Source: Octopus sinensis (lineage: Eukaryota). Taken from it: a stretch of 64,000 bases of DNA. Location of the stretch: positions 20,584,001-20,648,000 of the forward strand of contig NC_043020.1 of assembly GCF_006345805.1 (NCBI RefSeq). Direction: 5' to 3'. Position numbers and translations under genes: made by a program. Within the stretch, counting starts at the first letter, position 1. The number at the start of each line of letters is the position of its first letter. The notes beneath the pieces were generated by a model, which worked only from the letters and a program-made list of their open reading frames with translations, was not told the DNA's origin and searched no databases. Shown one piece after another: positions 37,561 to 50,090 of this stretch.

Positions 37561-38624
37561 ATAGATATGTGTCATAGATAAAAATGCACAATAGTTAGGT
37601 ACAATAGATTTCAGAAATTTTAAAAAGTGGACATTGACATTAAACTGGGTTATTTGCAAATTCAGTTTTTTGGGGGTTTTTTTGCCTACTAGAAGATATG
37701 TTATGGTTGGATACTTTGCTACTAAAAACACCAACCAACACCACACCATGAGACTGACATTTTCATTGCAGTTGTACAGATAAGTAAATCTACACCTTAA
37801 CTAAGTAAATCTGACACCTTAACTAATCAGTCACTTACATGTATTCAATTTATCCCTGATAACTCATTCCTCTGTCATAGCTATCAACTCAGTAGCACTT
37901 TACTGTTTCAGACCACATTTCTTTGCCTGCTATTCTTTCTTTCTGTCTGTCTGTCTCTGTGTCTGCTAGTCACTGTTTGCTTCTCCATCATAGTGTATCT
38001 CTCTTTCTCCTCTCTTTGCCTTTTTCTATCTTTGCATGTCTGTCTGCATGTTTCTCTTAACTATGTGCCAACACCTCTCTCTCTCTCTCTTTATTACTCT
38101 GGTCAAGATCCACTTGACACAGTTTATAAATTCATTCATCCAACTCAACCAGATCTGTCTATCTATCAATTTCTCTATCAGTCTATTTGTCTATCTGCTC
38201 ATCTCATTCCTCAAACTCCCAACCAGTTCATACATATCTGTGTATCTACCTCTCTAGTCAACATGCATCAATCTGTCTAAAAAGATAACAACAGACAGAT
38301 TATCTTCCCTCTCACACACACACAAACCAACTAGGCAGCTTGCAATTCTAAAAACACCACCCATGTTGCATCAGCTTTCAAAGTATTAATCCACCATCGA
38401 TGCCACTACCATCTCCACTGTCACCATCAACATTCTTGCCATCACCTAGCCACTGCCACTGTTAAAAAGCCAACCTAACTGACACCTGTTAGTTACCATA
38501 GTTATAACTTTGCTTGTTTCATCATCTGCTTGACTGAACTGTTGGTGCTTTGGTAGAGGTAATGCAACTGGCCAATAGCAGTGGAATCGTGAGTAGTTTT
38601 TCACTGATGATAGGGGTTGATTGT

Positions 38625-38686
38625 TGTTGTCATTGTTGTTGTTGGTGGTGGTGGTGGTAATAGTGGTAGTAGTAGTGGTGGTGGTT

Positions 38687-38720
<34 letters not shown>
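38625..38720. repeat. Compound (GTT)(GGT)(TAG)n microsatellite
   Basis: Directly visible. Confidence 0.95.
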
Positions 38721-39029
38721 GTATTTAGCCACAGGTCAGGCCTGATTCAGCAAACATCCTCAAAGGCATTTCAGCTAGACTATCCTGCTTTTCCCTTTTT
38801 CAGACAAAATGCATTTAGGATTAGTGTAATGATTTCAGAGTGATTTGGTTGCTATGCCTAACAGTTCAAGCAACCACATAGGGACCTACCCATTGACTCA
38901 AGTAGTAAACATTATTGTTGTTTAACCCAAGTCAACTCTGGTCAAATAGACCTATGATCAAAGGCATTATAACCAGGAGCATCCTGTTGTTTTAGATGTA
39001 TTTAAGACTATCTAATCAGTCCTTCCCCG

Positions 39030-39238
39030 CTTATTGTCAAATGTAATGCTTATTTATTCACATTGCTTTGACGTAATCATGTATTATTTTGTAGCTTCAA
39101 AATTTCAATGATGTGATTATATATATATATAGAATGACATTGTATGGTAGGTATGAGAAGCTGCATCTGGCCAGTTTGAACATAAAACAGGTAGAATATC
39201 TTGGCCTGATGTGGCCAGTTTAAATGCTAAAGAGTTAA
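39030..39238 (+). mobile_element. piggyBac-like MITE, right portion
   Basis: Ends AAATGCTAAAGAG|TTAA (TTAA TSD-like); internal identity with 20251-20345. Confidence 0.55.
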
Positions 39239-39782
39239 AGATAGTAAGCTGTGATTTGTGAAAGATTGTCACTATTATAATAACTACCGAATTGAAGTAA
39301 CTACAGAGAAGGATTGAAACCTTTGGAAGAGTCCCAGCATAGCTGCAATCCGATGACTGGAACCATTCAAAGAAAACTAATTTAACATATTTAACTCAGA
39401 TCCCCTATAGTTTCTGTCTTATAGCATCACATTGCTGACATACACCTCATAACCTTTATACAAAGAGAAAAACCTTTCATTTTCAAGTCTCACTCCTTTG
39501 AGCCTATATATATACTCTTACTTTTCAACCACTAAAACATAAAAAATCTTATCTATCTACCAACGCAGTCCATTCACTGTTGTTCATGATGGCATCTACC
39601 GTGGTGTATATAAAGTTTTTACTTCTTTTTTTTATATCAATTTGACAGGAATCTTATTTTACCTTAAATTACCCATTGTTTATTATTTATATACTGAGGC
39701 AAAGTAGCTCCAAGAGGTCAGCAAACTTAATACACACATGGCAAGTTTACGTATATGTAATAATATCATGTATTTTTAATTC

Positions 39783-39845
39783 AGATAACCGAAGAGATGG
39801 TGTTGTGGATTTCCACTTCGACATCTGAAACTCAGAGTTTTATCT
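39783..39845 (+). ncRNA. Degenerate hammerhead-like motif
   Basis: Stem I AGATAA/TTATCT, core CCGAAGA (canonical CUGANGA), stem II GATG/CATC, GAAA at 39827-30, stem III CT-CAG-AG, triplet GTT. At least two core defects. Confidence 0.35.
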
Positions 39846-39876
39846 TGACTATCGAGTAACGTAATATATTATTGTA

Positions 39877-39941
<65 letters not shown>

Positions 39942-39954
39942 GTATATATGTAGC

Positions 39955-40170
39955 TATGTGCATGTGTCTTTGTCTGTGTTTGTCCCCCACCACTGCTTGA
40001 CAACTGGTGTTGGTGTGTTTACGTCCCTGTAACTTAGCAGTTCAGCAAAGAATCTGATAGAATAAGTACCAGGTTAAACAAAAAATGAGTACTGGGGTTG
40101 ATTCATTTGACTAAAAATTCAAGGCGGTGGCCCAGTCTAATGACTGAAACAAGAAAAAGATAAAAGATCT
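39955..40170 (+). mobile_element. SINE family A 3' half
   Basis: TTTGTCCCCCACCACTGCTTGACAACTGGTGTTGGTGTGTTTACGTCCC...TGACTGAAACAAG. Confidence 0.85.
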
Positions 40171-41006
40171 GACCTCACTTGGAAACAGGTGAGGTAGGCA
40201 TCCAGTGGTTGAAAATCTGCCTCAATGAATTGCCATGCAAGCATGAACATTAAAACAATAATGGTGATGATGATTATTAGAATTTACCTTATTTGATAAT
40301 GTTCAGCATACCTTGTTTTGATAATCCCCATAAACAATTTGCTGTAAACATCTAAATTTGCAGAGCCATCTGACCCAGAAATAAGTAGATGTAGGAAAGC
40401 CATTCAACAAGCTATCATTCTACATCTAAAACATACAATGAATGTTTTCAGTGATCTCCTTTCAAAGAAATAGTTTGTATGTAAATAACATTGTCTGTAT
40501 TTGTATGTATGCAAACAAAAAAATTGAGGAGGGGTAGGGAGGGTCAGCAAACATATCAATATTATTTGGTCTGGCTGAAAAGACATATTCAGCAGGAGTG
40601 AGTTGAAATGTGGATGAGAGGGAGTTGCAGAGGAGAGAATGGAAGAGACTTTTCCAGCAGCCTTCACTACACTCTAACATAATCCACTCCTGCAGATTAA
40701 TTACTCTAAGAGATAAGAAGACTATAATGGTTAGAAACCATTTAGCCCTTTCATTGCTATACTTCGGCTTCTAACAAAATATACTCTTACTCATTTCAGT
40801 CATTGAACTGAGAACATGTTAGAGCACTGCTTTAAAGGGTTTTAATTCATTATATTCACTCTCAGTACTTATTAATTCTTGTACTCGTTATTAAAGCAAT
40901 CTTTGTCACCTAGTTAAGAAAGAACTATCATAATCATCATCATTTGACAAATACATCAAGCATTTCTTTACTGCAATCTCAAAGAATTAATTACATTTTG
41001 AAACAC

Positions 41007-41392
41007 AGGCACAGGCGTGGCTGTGTCATAAGACACTTGCTTCCCAACCACATGGTTCCTAGTTCAGTCCCACTGCATAACACCTTGGGTGAATGTCTTC
41101 TACTACAGCCTCAGGTCAACCCAAACCTTGAGAGTGGATTTGGTAGATGGAAACTAAAAGAAGCCCATTGTATATGTGTGTGTTTTTGTGACTGTGTTTG
41201 TCCCCCACCACTGCTTGACAACTGGTGTTGATGTGTTTATGTGCTTGTAACTTAGCAGTTTGGCAAAAAAGACTGCTAGAATAAGTACCAGGCTTTTAAA
41301 AAAAGTACTGGCGTCAATTCAATCAGCTAAAAATTCAATGTAGTGCCCCAGCATAGCCACAGTTTAATGACTGAGACATGTAAAAGGTAAAA
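41007..41392 (+). mobile_element. SINE family A, full-length copy
   Basis: GGCACAGGCGTGGCTGTG head through TGACTGAGACATGTAAAAGG tail. Confidence 0.9.
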
Positions 41393-41546
41393 GACACATA
41401 ATGCAATCATCTCCCATGGTTAACAATATATTGTGAGAAAGCTTTAACAAGTAGAAAACATAGCATTGTTAATTCCTGGAACATTACCAAATCTACAGGT
41501 TGATGAAATCTATCAATGTTTTACAGATGCAAATATTATCTTTATC

Positions 41547-41597
<51 letters not shown>

Positions 41598-41599
41598 AG

Positions 41600-41990
41600 T
41601 GAAGGTGATGGACTGGCACAATCATCAGAATGTAAGAAAAAATTGTTTGTGGTATTTACCCTGGTCCTTTGCATTTGAAGTTCAAATCTTGCCAAGGTCA
41701 ACTATGCCTTTTAATCTCTCCAGAGTCAATAAAATAAAGTACCAGACAAGTACTGAGGTTAATGATATTGACTTCAAATTTTTGCACAAAACCAGTAAGT
41801 TTGGGAGAGAGAGGGTAAGTTGATTACATTGACCCCAATGCTCAACTGGTATTTATTTTAATCAACCTTGAAAGGATGAAAAGCAAAAACTGACCACAGC
41901 AGAATTTGAAGTCAGAACGTAAACACAGATGAAATGCCACCAAGCATTTTGTTCAGCATGCCAACAATTCTGCTAGCTTGCTGCCATACT
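41600..41990. mobile_element. Two SINE-B copies in opposite orientation, tail to tail
   Basis: Plus copy 41600-41760 (GGCACAATCATCAG...AATAAAATAAAGTACCAG) follows a (TTA)n run. Minus copy 41780-41990 (ACTGGTATTTATTTTAATCAACCTTGAAAGGATGAAAAGC...GAATTTGAAGTCAG). Confidence 0.75.
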
Positions 41991-42027
41991 TGGGTCAATG
42001 ATATTAATGTCAACAAGGTAGTCATTC

Positions 42028-45000
42028 ATCAGACTACATCGTTGACGAATGACAGCGACCTTCTCTTTGTGGCTGGTGACTTCAATGGACATGTTGAACA
42101 ACATACAGAGAGCTTCCATGGCATACATGGAGACTACAGTTTTGGTTCCCACAATAAAGAGGGAATCAGGCTGCTGGAGTTCTGCAATGCAAATGATCTT
42201 ATGGTTTGTAACACTTACTTCAGGAAACCTGCTAGTTACCTAGTCACCTACCAATCTGGTAAATACACAGGTCAAATTGACTACATCCTCGCCAGGAAAT
42301 GGGAAAGATGGCTACTTATAAATACCGAAACCTTCAAAGGTGAAGAATGCACCCCACAACATAGATTAGTAGGTAGCAACTTCAGGATCAGGGCTAAATG
42401 GATGCCCAGAAGACAACCAGCATGGAGAAGAAGGGTCTAGAAGCTTAAGGATCCTGTGAACGGGCAGAGATTTGGAGACATATTACTCAAAGCTTTTGAC
42501 AAAATAGAGCGGGGTATAGCATCACATGATGTGGAAGACAACTGGAGGTTTCTACGGGACAACCTGCTGAGGTCTACTGACCAGATCTGTGGATGGTGCA
42601 AAGTCCCCTCTCAACCAAAGGTAATGTGGTGGTGGAACAATGTAGTTGACAGGACCATTAGGCTAAAGAAACAGGCTTGGAAGTACTGGAAGAACGGTGG
42701 TAGCAGGGAATTGTATCAGACTGTCAGAAGGGAAGCTGGGAGACAGGTTTATTTAGCCAGAGGGGAAGCAGATAAGAAAAAATTTGCCAATGTTCTGCGC
42801 CATGAGGACCAAACACTTGAGGTATTTCGTGTTGCAAGACAGTGTGTGAGAGAGAATCATGATGTTGTAGGAGAGAAATGTGTCCACATGGATGATGGTT
42901 CTCTTCCACTAAACAAGGCTGCAAAGAGAGAGGTTTGGAGACGCCACGATGAAAGGTTGCTCAATAAAGAAAATGAATGGGAGAAAGGCAGTCTGCCGAA
43001 TGTCGACCCAACAGAGGGATCAGCTATCCGAGCTGACAGTACCTTGGTAGATAAAGCAATTAAGAGTATGAAGACAGAGAAAGTCCCCCAGCCCCTCAGG
43101 AATTACTGCAGAGATGCTCAAAATATCTGGCAGTGTCGGTTATAGCCTAGTCACCCATACAGTTAACCAGGTGATAAATGAAGGTGTCATACCCAATGAC
43201 TGGTGTCGAAACACTACAGTCAACTGCTACAAAGGTAAAGGTGATGCTTTAGATACAAATAATTACAAAGGTATCAAGTTGTTGGATCAGGTAATGAAGA
43301 TCACGGAGAGGGTCATAGCCCAACTGATTAGGGAGAGAGTCAGTTTTGATGAGATGCAGTTTGGGTTCATACCACTGATACTATATTTCTGGTAAGACAG
43401 CTGCAGCAGAAATACTTGGCCAAAGATAAACCTCTGTACCTGGCTTTCGCTGACATGGAAAAAGCCTTTGACAGGGTCCCCTGACCTCTTATCTGGTGGT
43501 CAATGAGGAAACTAGGGATAGATGAATGGTTAGTGAGAGCTGTGCAAGCCATGTACAGGGATGCTATCAGTAAGGTGAGGGTTGGCAATAAGTACAGTGA
43601 AGAATTCCGAGTAGAGGTAGGGGTCCACCAAGGTTCAGTCCTCAGTCCCCTCCTATTTATCATAGTCCTCCAGGCAAAACAGAGGAATTCAAGACAGGAT
43701 GCCCCTGGGAGCTCCTCTATGCTGACGACCTTGCTCTAATTGCTGAGTCACTACCAGAACTAGAGGAGAAGTTTCAAGTGTGGAAACAAGGATTAGAATC
43801 GAGGGGCCTTAGAGTCAACCTAGCTAAAACCAAAGTCCTAATAAGTAGGAAGGCAGGCAAACCACATATCTCGTCAGGTAGATATCCCTGCTCGATCTGT
43901 AGAAAAGGCGTAGGTAGAAACTCTATAAGATGTACCCAGTGTAAGCTATGGACACATAAGAGGTGCAACAATATCAAAGGAAGGCTAACTGGGAAGATAG
44001 TTTTTGTATGTGGAAGATGCTCAGGAGCAATAAACACTGAAAATGTGCAGAGAACAACTACCGCCACATTCCAGGGAGAAAAACTAGAAGTAGTTGATAG
44101 CTTCCGTTACCTAGGTAACCAAGTCAGTAGCTGCTAGAATAAGAATAGCCTGAGCAAAGTTCAGCGAGCTCTTACCTCTGCTGGTGACAAAGGGCCTCTC
44201 GCTCAGAGTAAAAGGCAGACTATATGACGCATGTGTATAAACAGCCATGCTACATGATAGTGAAACATAGGCCATGACTGCTGAGGACATGCTTAAACTT
44301 GCAAGGAATGAAGCCAGTATCCTCCGATGGATGTGTAATGTCAGTGTGCATACTCGACAGAGTGTACATTCCTTGAGAGAAAAGTTGGACCTAAGAAGTG
44401 TCAGATGTGGTGTGCAAGAGAGACGACTGTGCTGGTATGGCCATGTGGCGAGAATGGATGAGGATAGCTATGTGAAAAAGTGCCACACCCTACTGGTTGA
44501 GAGAACCTGTGGAAGAGGTAGACCTAGGAAGACCTGGGATGAGGTGGTGAAGCATGACCTTTGAACAATAGGCCTCGCCAAGGCAATGACTAGTGACTGG
44601 GACTTTTGGAAATATGCTGTGCTTGAGAAGACTCGGCAAGCCAAGTGAGACCATAACCTCGTGGCCTATACCAGGGGTGTAACCAGCCCACTTATAGTAC
44701 CTTTCCTTCATTGGACACTAAACACTGCTTGCGAAGACCTGTTGAGGCAAGTGAAATCGAAATCGAAATAAAATTCGATGACTGGCATCCGTAGTAGTGG
44801 AGCACTAAGAGCACCATTCGAGCGTGATCGTTACCTGCGTCGCCTTACTGCCACTTGTGCTGGTGGCATGTGAAAAAACATTCGAGTGAGGTCATTACTA
44901 GTACTGCTGGACTGGTTCCTGTGCAAGTGGCATGAAAAAAGCACCATTTAAGCGTGGCTGTTGCCAGTACCGCCCGACTGGCCCTTGTGCCAGTGGCACA

Positions 45001-45168
45001 TAAAAGCACCTACTACACTCTCTGAGTGGTTGGCGTTAGGAAGGGCATCCAGCTGTAGAAACTCTGCCAGATCAGATTGGAGCTTGGTGCAGCCATCTGG
45101 TTCGCCAGACCTCAGCCAAATCGTCCAACCTATGCAAGCATGGAAAGCAGACGTTAAATGATGATTCT
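42028..45168 (+). mobile_element. RTE LINE, about 3.1 kb, 5'-truncated (partial APE, RT, 3' UTR)
   Basis: APE motifs AGDFNGHV, QIDYIL, QHRLV. RT motifs ADMEKAFDRVP, GVHQGSVLSPLLFII, LLYADDLAL. Cys-rich CSICRKGVGRNSIRCTQCKLWTHKRC. Tail GACGTTAAATGATGAT. Multiple stops and frameshifts. Confidence 0.96.
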
Positions 45169-45224
45169 TATGAAAATAGTGGGCCTTGTGCCTCAATTAG
45201 AAACAGTTATTATAATAAGCAGTA

Positions 45225-45815
45225 TGGCAGTGAATTGGCAGAATCATAAGACCATCAGACAAAATGCTAGAAAGTATTTCTTGTTTCCATATGTTCTGGG
45301 TTAAAGTTCTCACTGAGATAAACTTTGCCTTTCATCCCACTGAGACCTACAAGATAAAGTACCAGTGAAGTATAGGGTTGTTTCAATCAACTAACAAGAT
45401 CTCCCAGGAGAAATTGCAGTGGAATTAACCTGAAACCATAAGGTTGGGAAGTGGACTCCTTAACTATACAGCCATGACTGCACATATTTTGTGTGTATAT
45501 GTGCATTTCTCAACCACTTGGTTCAGAGTTCAGTTCCACTGCTTGGCACCTACTATAGCCTCAGGTCAACCAAAGTCTTGTGAGCGGATTTGATAAATGA
45601 AAATTGAAAGAAGCCTGTTGTATGTTTGTGTGTGTGTGTGTATCAGTGTTTGCCCCCCCCCCCATCCAACCCACTGCTTAATGACCAGAGCTGGAGTGTT
45701 CATGTTCCTGTTAGAAAGTTACAGGGACAAAAGGGGATTTTTTAAAAATAAGTACTTCAACTAAAAATTATTCAAAGTTGTGCCCTAGCATGGCCACATT
45801 ATAATAACTGAAACA
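45225..45815 (+). mobile_element. Degenerate SINE-B (45225-45400) followed by SINE-A (45470-45815)
   Basis: Cores ACTTTGCCTTTCATCC...GATAAAGTACCAG and GAGTTCAGTTCCACTG...GAAAGAAGCCTGTTG. Confidence 0.7.
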
Positions 45816-45859
45816 ATATATTTGCACACACACATACACACACACAAGGTCAGGCCAGC

Positions 45860-45902
<43 letters not shown>

Positions 45903-46975
45903 CATATAGATAGGCAGGCAGCTAGATAGATAGATAGATAGATAAATAGATAACTTTCTTTATTGGCCACACAGGGCTGAAATACAGAAGGGACAAATAA
46001 AAATGTAGAGCTTTTCTCTTCGAAGATGGAAAAAGAAAAAAGGAAACAAATGTAAAATTCTGCCTATGTGTCTTATCTAAGTCACAAATTTGTGGTCTGT
46101 GTAGCTGACTATATGGAATTGTGGACAACCTACACTATCTTTATCTACTGTCCTACAGAATACTCTGAGTATGATCTGGACGACCCGATGCGGTTGCTCC
46201 ATGTCCACATTGGCACAATCGGGTGGTCCAGTCGGTACCTGTCAGACAGTTAGAAATGCCTGAGTAGGTCTTTGAGGCATTTGCATCCCCTCCTATTACT
46301 ATCTCTGCCCACGTAGTCTAGATGTGTGTCCAATCCTCCACTAAAAGTAAAGGTCAAGACGTTCCCAGGAAAACCTCTAGACGTCGAAAGAAATCTGGCC
46401 AGCCTGTTAAGGACAGTGCATAAACTGTTATCAGTCGAAAAGCACACTCATTGCTGCCATCAACATCCAAGATGATCAGCCTATTCTCTGGGTCTAGGAA
46501 AATTGCTCTTACTTTGAGGTCCAGACTCTTCCGGAGAAGCACCGCGGTGCCACCTCCACCCATTCTCAGTAGACACGGAGAAAAATAAATGTTGAAATGT
46601 GTGCCGAACATGTACTGGAGTGCCCACGAGCTGTAGAGTCTGGTCTCACTGATGGCTATGATATGCAAATTTTGTGACTTGATGTCATTTAACAGGTAGA
46701 CTTGTTACCAAGGCAACCCCAAGTCACATACATTTATACTGCCTATTTTGAGCATGTTCCTATCGAAAGTTGTGTTTTACACACGAAAGGAAGATGAAAA
46801 AGAAAGAGAGAGAAAGAGAGAGAGAGAGAGTCATTTACTGTCCGAACGTTCTTTGTTCTTTACCTCACAGTCTTCTCCCAGAAGGTTTTTATACAGTTTT
46901 TTGGACAAATATTTTTGAAATCTCCCAACTGCATCAGAGTAGAGAGATTTCAGGGTGCTGTGTGTGTTCTGTGTA
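45860..46975 (-). mobile_element. L1/Tx1-like element, internally deleted (putative ORF1 end, ORF2 endonuclease, 3' tail)
   Basis: ATG at 46755 gives MLKIGSINVCDLGLPW*QVYLLNDIKSQNLHIIAISETR...GGGGTAVLLRK...RLITVYA and TDHKFV near 46085. It then joins the tail CAGCCCTGTGTGGCCAATAAAGAAA and (TCTA)n. Confidence 0.8.
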
Positions 46976-47019
46976 TGATTTTAATGTGTTACATTTCAGC
47001 ATGGTTGGTTGGTGGGTGA

Positions 47020-48980
47020 GTAGGTAGGTAGGTAGGTAGGTAGGTAGGTAGGTAGATAGATAGATAGATAAGTTTCTTTATTGGCCACACAGGGCTGCAC
47101 ACAGATGGGACAAATTACAAGGTAGAGCTTTTCTTTTGTGGGATGAAAAAAAACAACAAAAAAAACAAAAAACAAAAGAAACAAAAAAAGTGGCATAGGT
47201 TTTCGATCAAAAGGGATCGTAAAAGGGGGGAAAAAAAGGAAGAAAAGAAAAAAGAGGAAAAAAAGGAAAATAAAAATAAAAAAGGATGAAAAAAGACGAA
47301 AAAAGGGGGAGAGGAAAAAAACGATCAATAGGGATCGTGTATCACAGAGTCATGATGTACGGTGTAAAGGGGAAAGCAGATAAGGTTTATCCGTGGGAAG
47401 AAAAGCCTACGAAAAAGACCACGGTAACCTCGGTCAATATTGTTATATGTTACCACATTTGTTTGCAAGTGAGTAACCCTCTGTTTTCAATTTCTGGGTT
47501 CATAGGATTATGCTCAAGGTGGCTTCGTCATTCATACGTGCCATCCTTGCTACATTCACCCATCTTTTTTAAAACATTCGCTAGACAAAACTTGCCTCTC
47601 TACTCTCACTTTCCTTTTCAAGTGGTACTTGAAGAAGTTGATGAGAGATTGACCAGAGAGGAAAGTGTTTGTCTCCAATCCTTTCAGACGCGTCCACCAG
47701 ATACATTCCTTCGCCATAGCCACAAGGATGATGAAAACAGCTCTTCCTTCCCGTTTGAAGGAAGGAGGCATGACAATATTGACGATAGACTCAGCTGATA
47801 AACCGACTCGTCCCACACGTGTCAGCAGTTGTTCGACATAAGCCCAACAGGTCGGAAATTGTTGGACACTGCACGAGTGTGTGCAGAACGGTTTTGTCGC
47901 TCTGACCGCATCTCGGGCAGGTCGGCCCCGTGTTTCTCAAGCCATGTCTGTAGAGGTTATCCTGAACGGGTAGCACTTCTCGGTAGCACTGCCAGGCCAG
48001 GGATCTCTGGAAGTTGTCCATGGGCCCTGGCCCGAAAGTCGTCCCGAACAGGCGGGTCAGGTATTCCTCGTCGACGTCCAGGTTCGCCCCAAGCTCGTCG
48101 TCGTACTTCCCCTCCACTAATCCCCTATAGAATGCTTTGGTTGTGATGGAGTCACTCAAGGTCGACCCAGGATGGCAGAGTTGCTTGAGAGCAACACGAC
48201 ACTCGTGGTGCCATTCGCCCTTCCTCGGCCTCTTTTTGATCCACGACTGCAGTTCGGTCATGGAGACGAGCTGCGGGAAAGCGTGCCTCACAAACGGCGA
48301 CCATACCTGTTCACCGTCGTCTATGAAGATCCTGAGATGTCACAGTCTCAGCGCGTGTCTGTGCATCATCAACCACAGCATGCCCAGTCCTCCTTTTAAC
48401 GGGTGTTGACAGCAAATGGATCGCCTGACCATCGGGACGCATCCTTTCCACAAGAAGCGAAAGAGAATGCGTTCTAGTTTGGTGATGGTAGGGTCGGGAC
48501 AAGGCACGACAGTCAGGCGGTAGTAGATGACGGACGCGATGTACGTGTTCACCACCTCCGCCCGACCTTTTAGGGACAGTTTCCTCTCGGCCCATTGCCG
48601 GGCGAGAGTGACCACCCTACTCGTTATCTCGTTCCAGTTCTTCTCCACTTGGAGGTCCGGACTGAACCAGACCCTGAGCAACTCGACCGGGCCGTCGGTC
48701 CAGCGTCCCACGACGGAGGCGCTGGTGGACGGCATGGGTTGCTTCTCCAGGTGCCTAGTCGCAAGCCCACTGACTTTTCCCGGTTGATTTTCGCTCCTGT
48801 CACCGCTTCATAGTTTTTCAGTGTCTCGCTGACCTGCTCGATGTGCTTGTGGCTAGACACTATGACGGTGACGTCGTCTGCATATGCAGACACGCTCGTC
48901 TTGCATCCCAGTTCTCGCAGGATGCCCCTCAAAGTTGCCAGCTTCCACAATAATGGCTCGAGAGTCAATACGTATAGAAA
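47020..48980 (-). mobile_element. L1/Tx1-like LINE, 5'-truncated (RT C-half, zinc knuckle, 3' UTR)
   Basis: LYVLTLEPL, SAYADDVTV, GAKINREKS, LSLKGRAEVVN, KLERILFRFLWKG, GGLG and CPRCGQSDKTVLHTLVQC (CCHC). 3' UTR with AATAAA (47077-82), then (TCTA)n(CCTA)n. CpG-rich, so probably young. Confidence 0.93.
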
Positions 48981-49354
48981 GGCAGATAAAAACTACTAGC
49001 TATTCAGACTTCACTTTAAAGAGCATAGATATGCACAAGATATATATATAAAAGCACAAAGGAATTATTACCATTTATATATTATATGAAACCAAAGGGA
49101 AATAAGTGTATGTATTGACATTTTGCTTTATCATATTACGCTTACTGAAAACAATACCTGTATAAACAAGAAGGTATATCTTATAAAAGAATTGACATAT
49201 TTTTAAACATTGAGTAGAATTTACGAATAAAAAGAATACTAGAAATCAGACATCAATGGAGAATTATCTCCCATGCATTAAAGCTCTCAAAACTAGACCA
49301 AAACTGACATATTGTCACTGATTCACTCAAGTACATTTTATAACTATATTGTGT

Positions 49355-49491
49355 GTATATATATACATGTGTGTAACTATATTGTGTGTATATATATACA
49401 TGTGTGTGTGTATATATATACACACACACACCCATATACACTCACACACCCATACACACAAACACACATATATATACACACACACACCCAT

Positions 49492-49570
<79 letters not shown>

Positions 49571-49620
49571 CATATATCTATATCCATATATCTATATCCA
49601 TATATATCTCTATATATATA
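49355..49620. repeat. Compound TG/CA/TA microsatellite
   Basis: Directly visible. Confidence 0.95.
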
Positions 49621-49950
49621 AACGGAAAAATGTCTGTCTGTCTCTGTGTGTGTGTGCGTGTCCTTTATACAAATCCACAATTTTTCAGTTAGAGGGCTTG
49701 TACTTTCTATGGTCATTGAAAACTGTCCAAAGGTGGTCGTGCTCATCTTTAGAGTTCCCCAGTCACCCCACAAAGCCATTAAAAAATCAATAGAAGTGAC
49801 TTTTTTGTGAATTTTGTAGCCAAAACCCAATCAAAATGCCCGAAACTTGATATGCCAATTGAATGCCAGCTAGCTGTATGTGATTGGTCGGAGATTTGGA
49901 CAGTACTCGCATGTATGTGCGCACGCACGCAGCTGTTACAGGGACATTAA
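49607..49950 (+). mobile_element. Helitron-like non-autonomous element, 5' part
   Basis: Starts TCTCTATATATATAAACGGAAAAATGTCTGTCTGTC, the same TC + TATATATAAA + (TGTC)n head style as 4919 and 52571. No 3' hairpin/CTAG seen. Confidence 0.5.
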
Positions 49951-50043
49951 TACACAGATACCAGTTGTCAAGCAGTGATAGGAGGACAAACATAGACACA
50001 ACGACACACACATAGATATATACATACACATATATATACATAC

Positions 50044-50085
<42 letters not shown>

Positions 50086-50090
<5 letters not shown>

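Noticed and set aside
44780-45010. Tandem GTGCCAGTGGCAC-type subrepeats (also 25700-25880)
   Set aside because: Present in both RTE copies as part of the family 3' UTR; not locus-specific.
47286-47798. 170-aa plus-strand ORF and other plus-strand ORFs over 47829-48813
   Set aside because: Antisense to the Tx1-like ORF2 and 3' UTR; shadow frames of GC-rich TE sequence.
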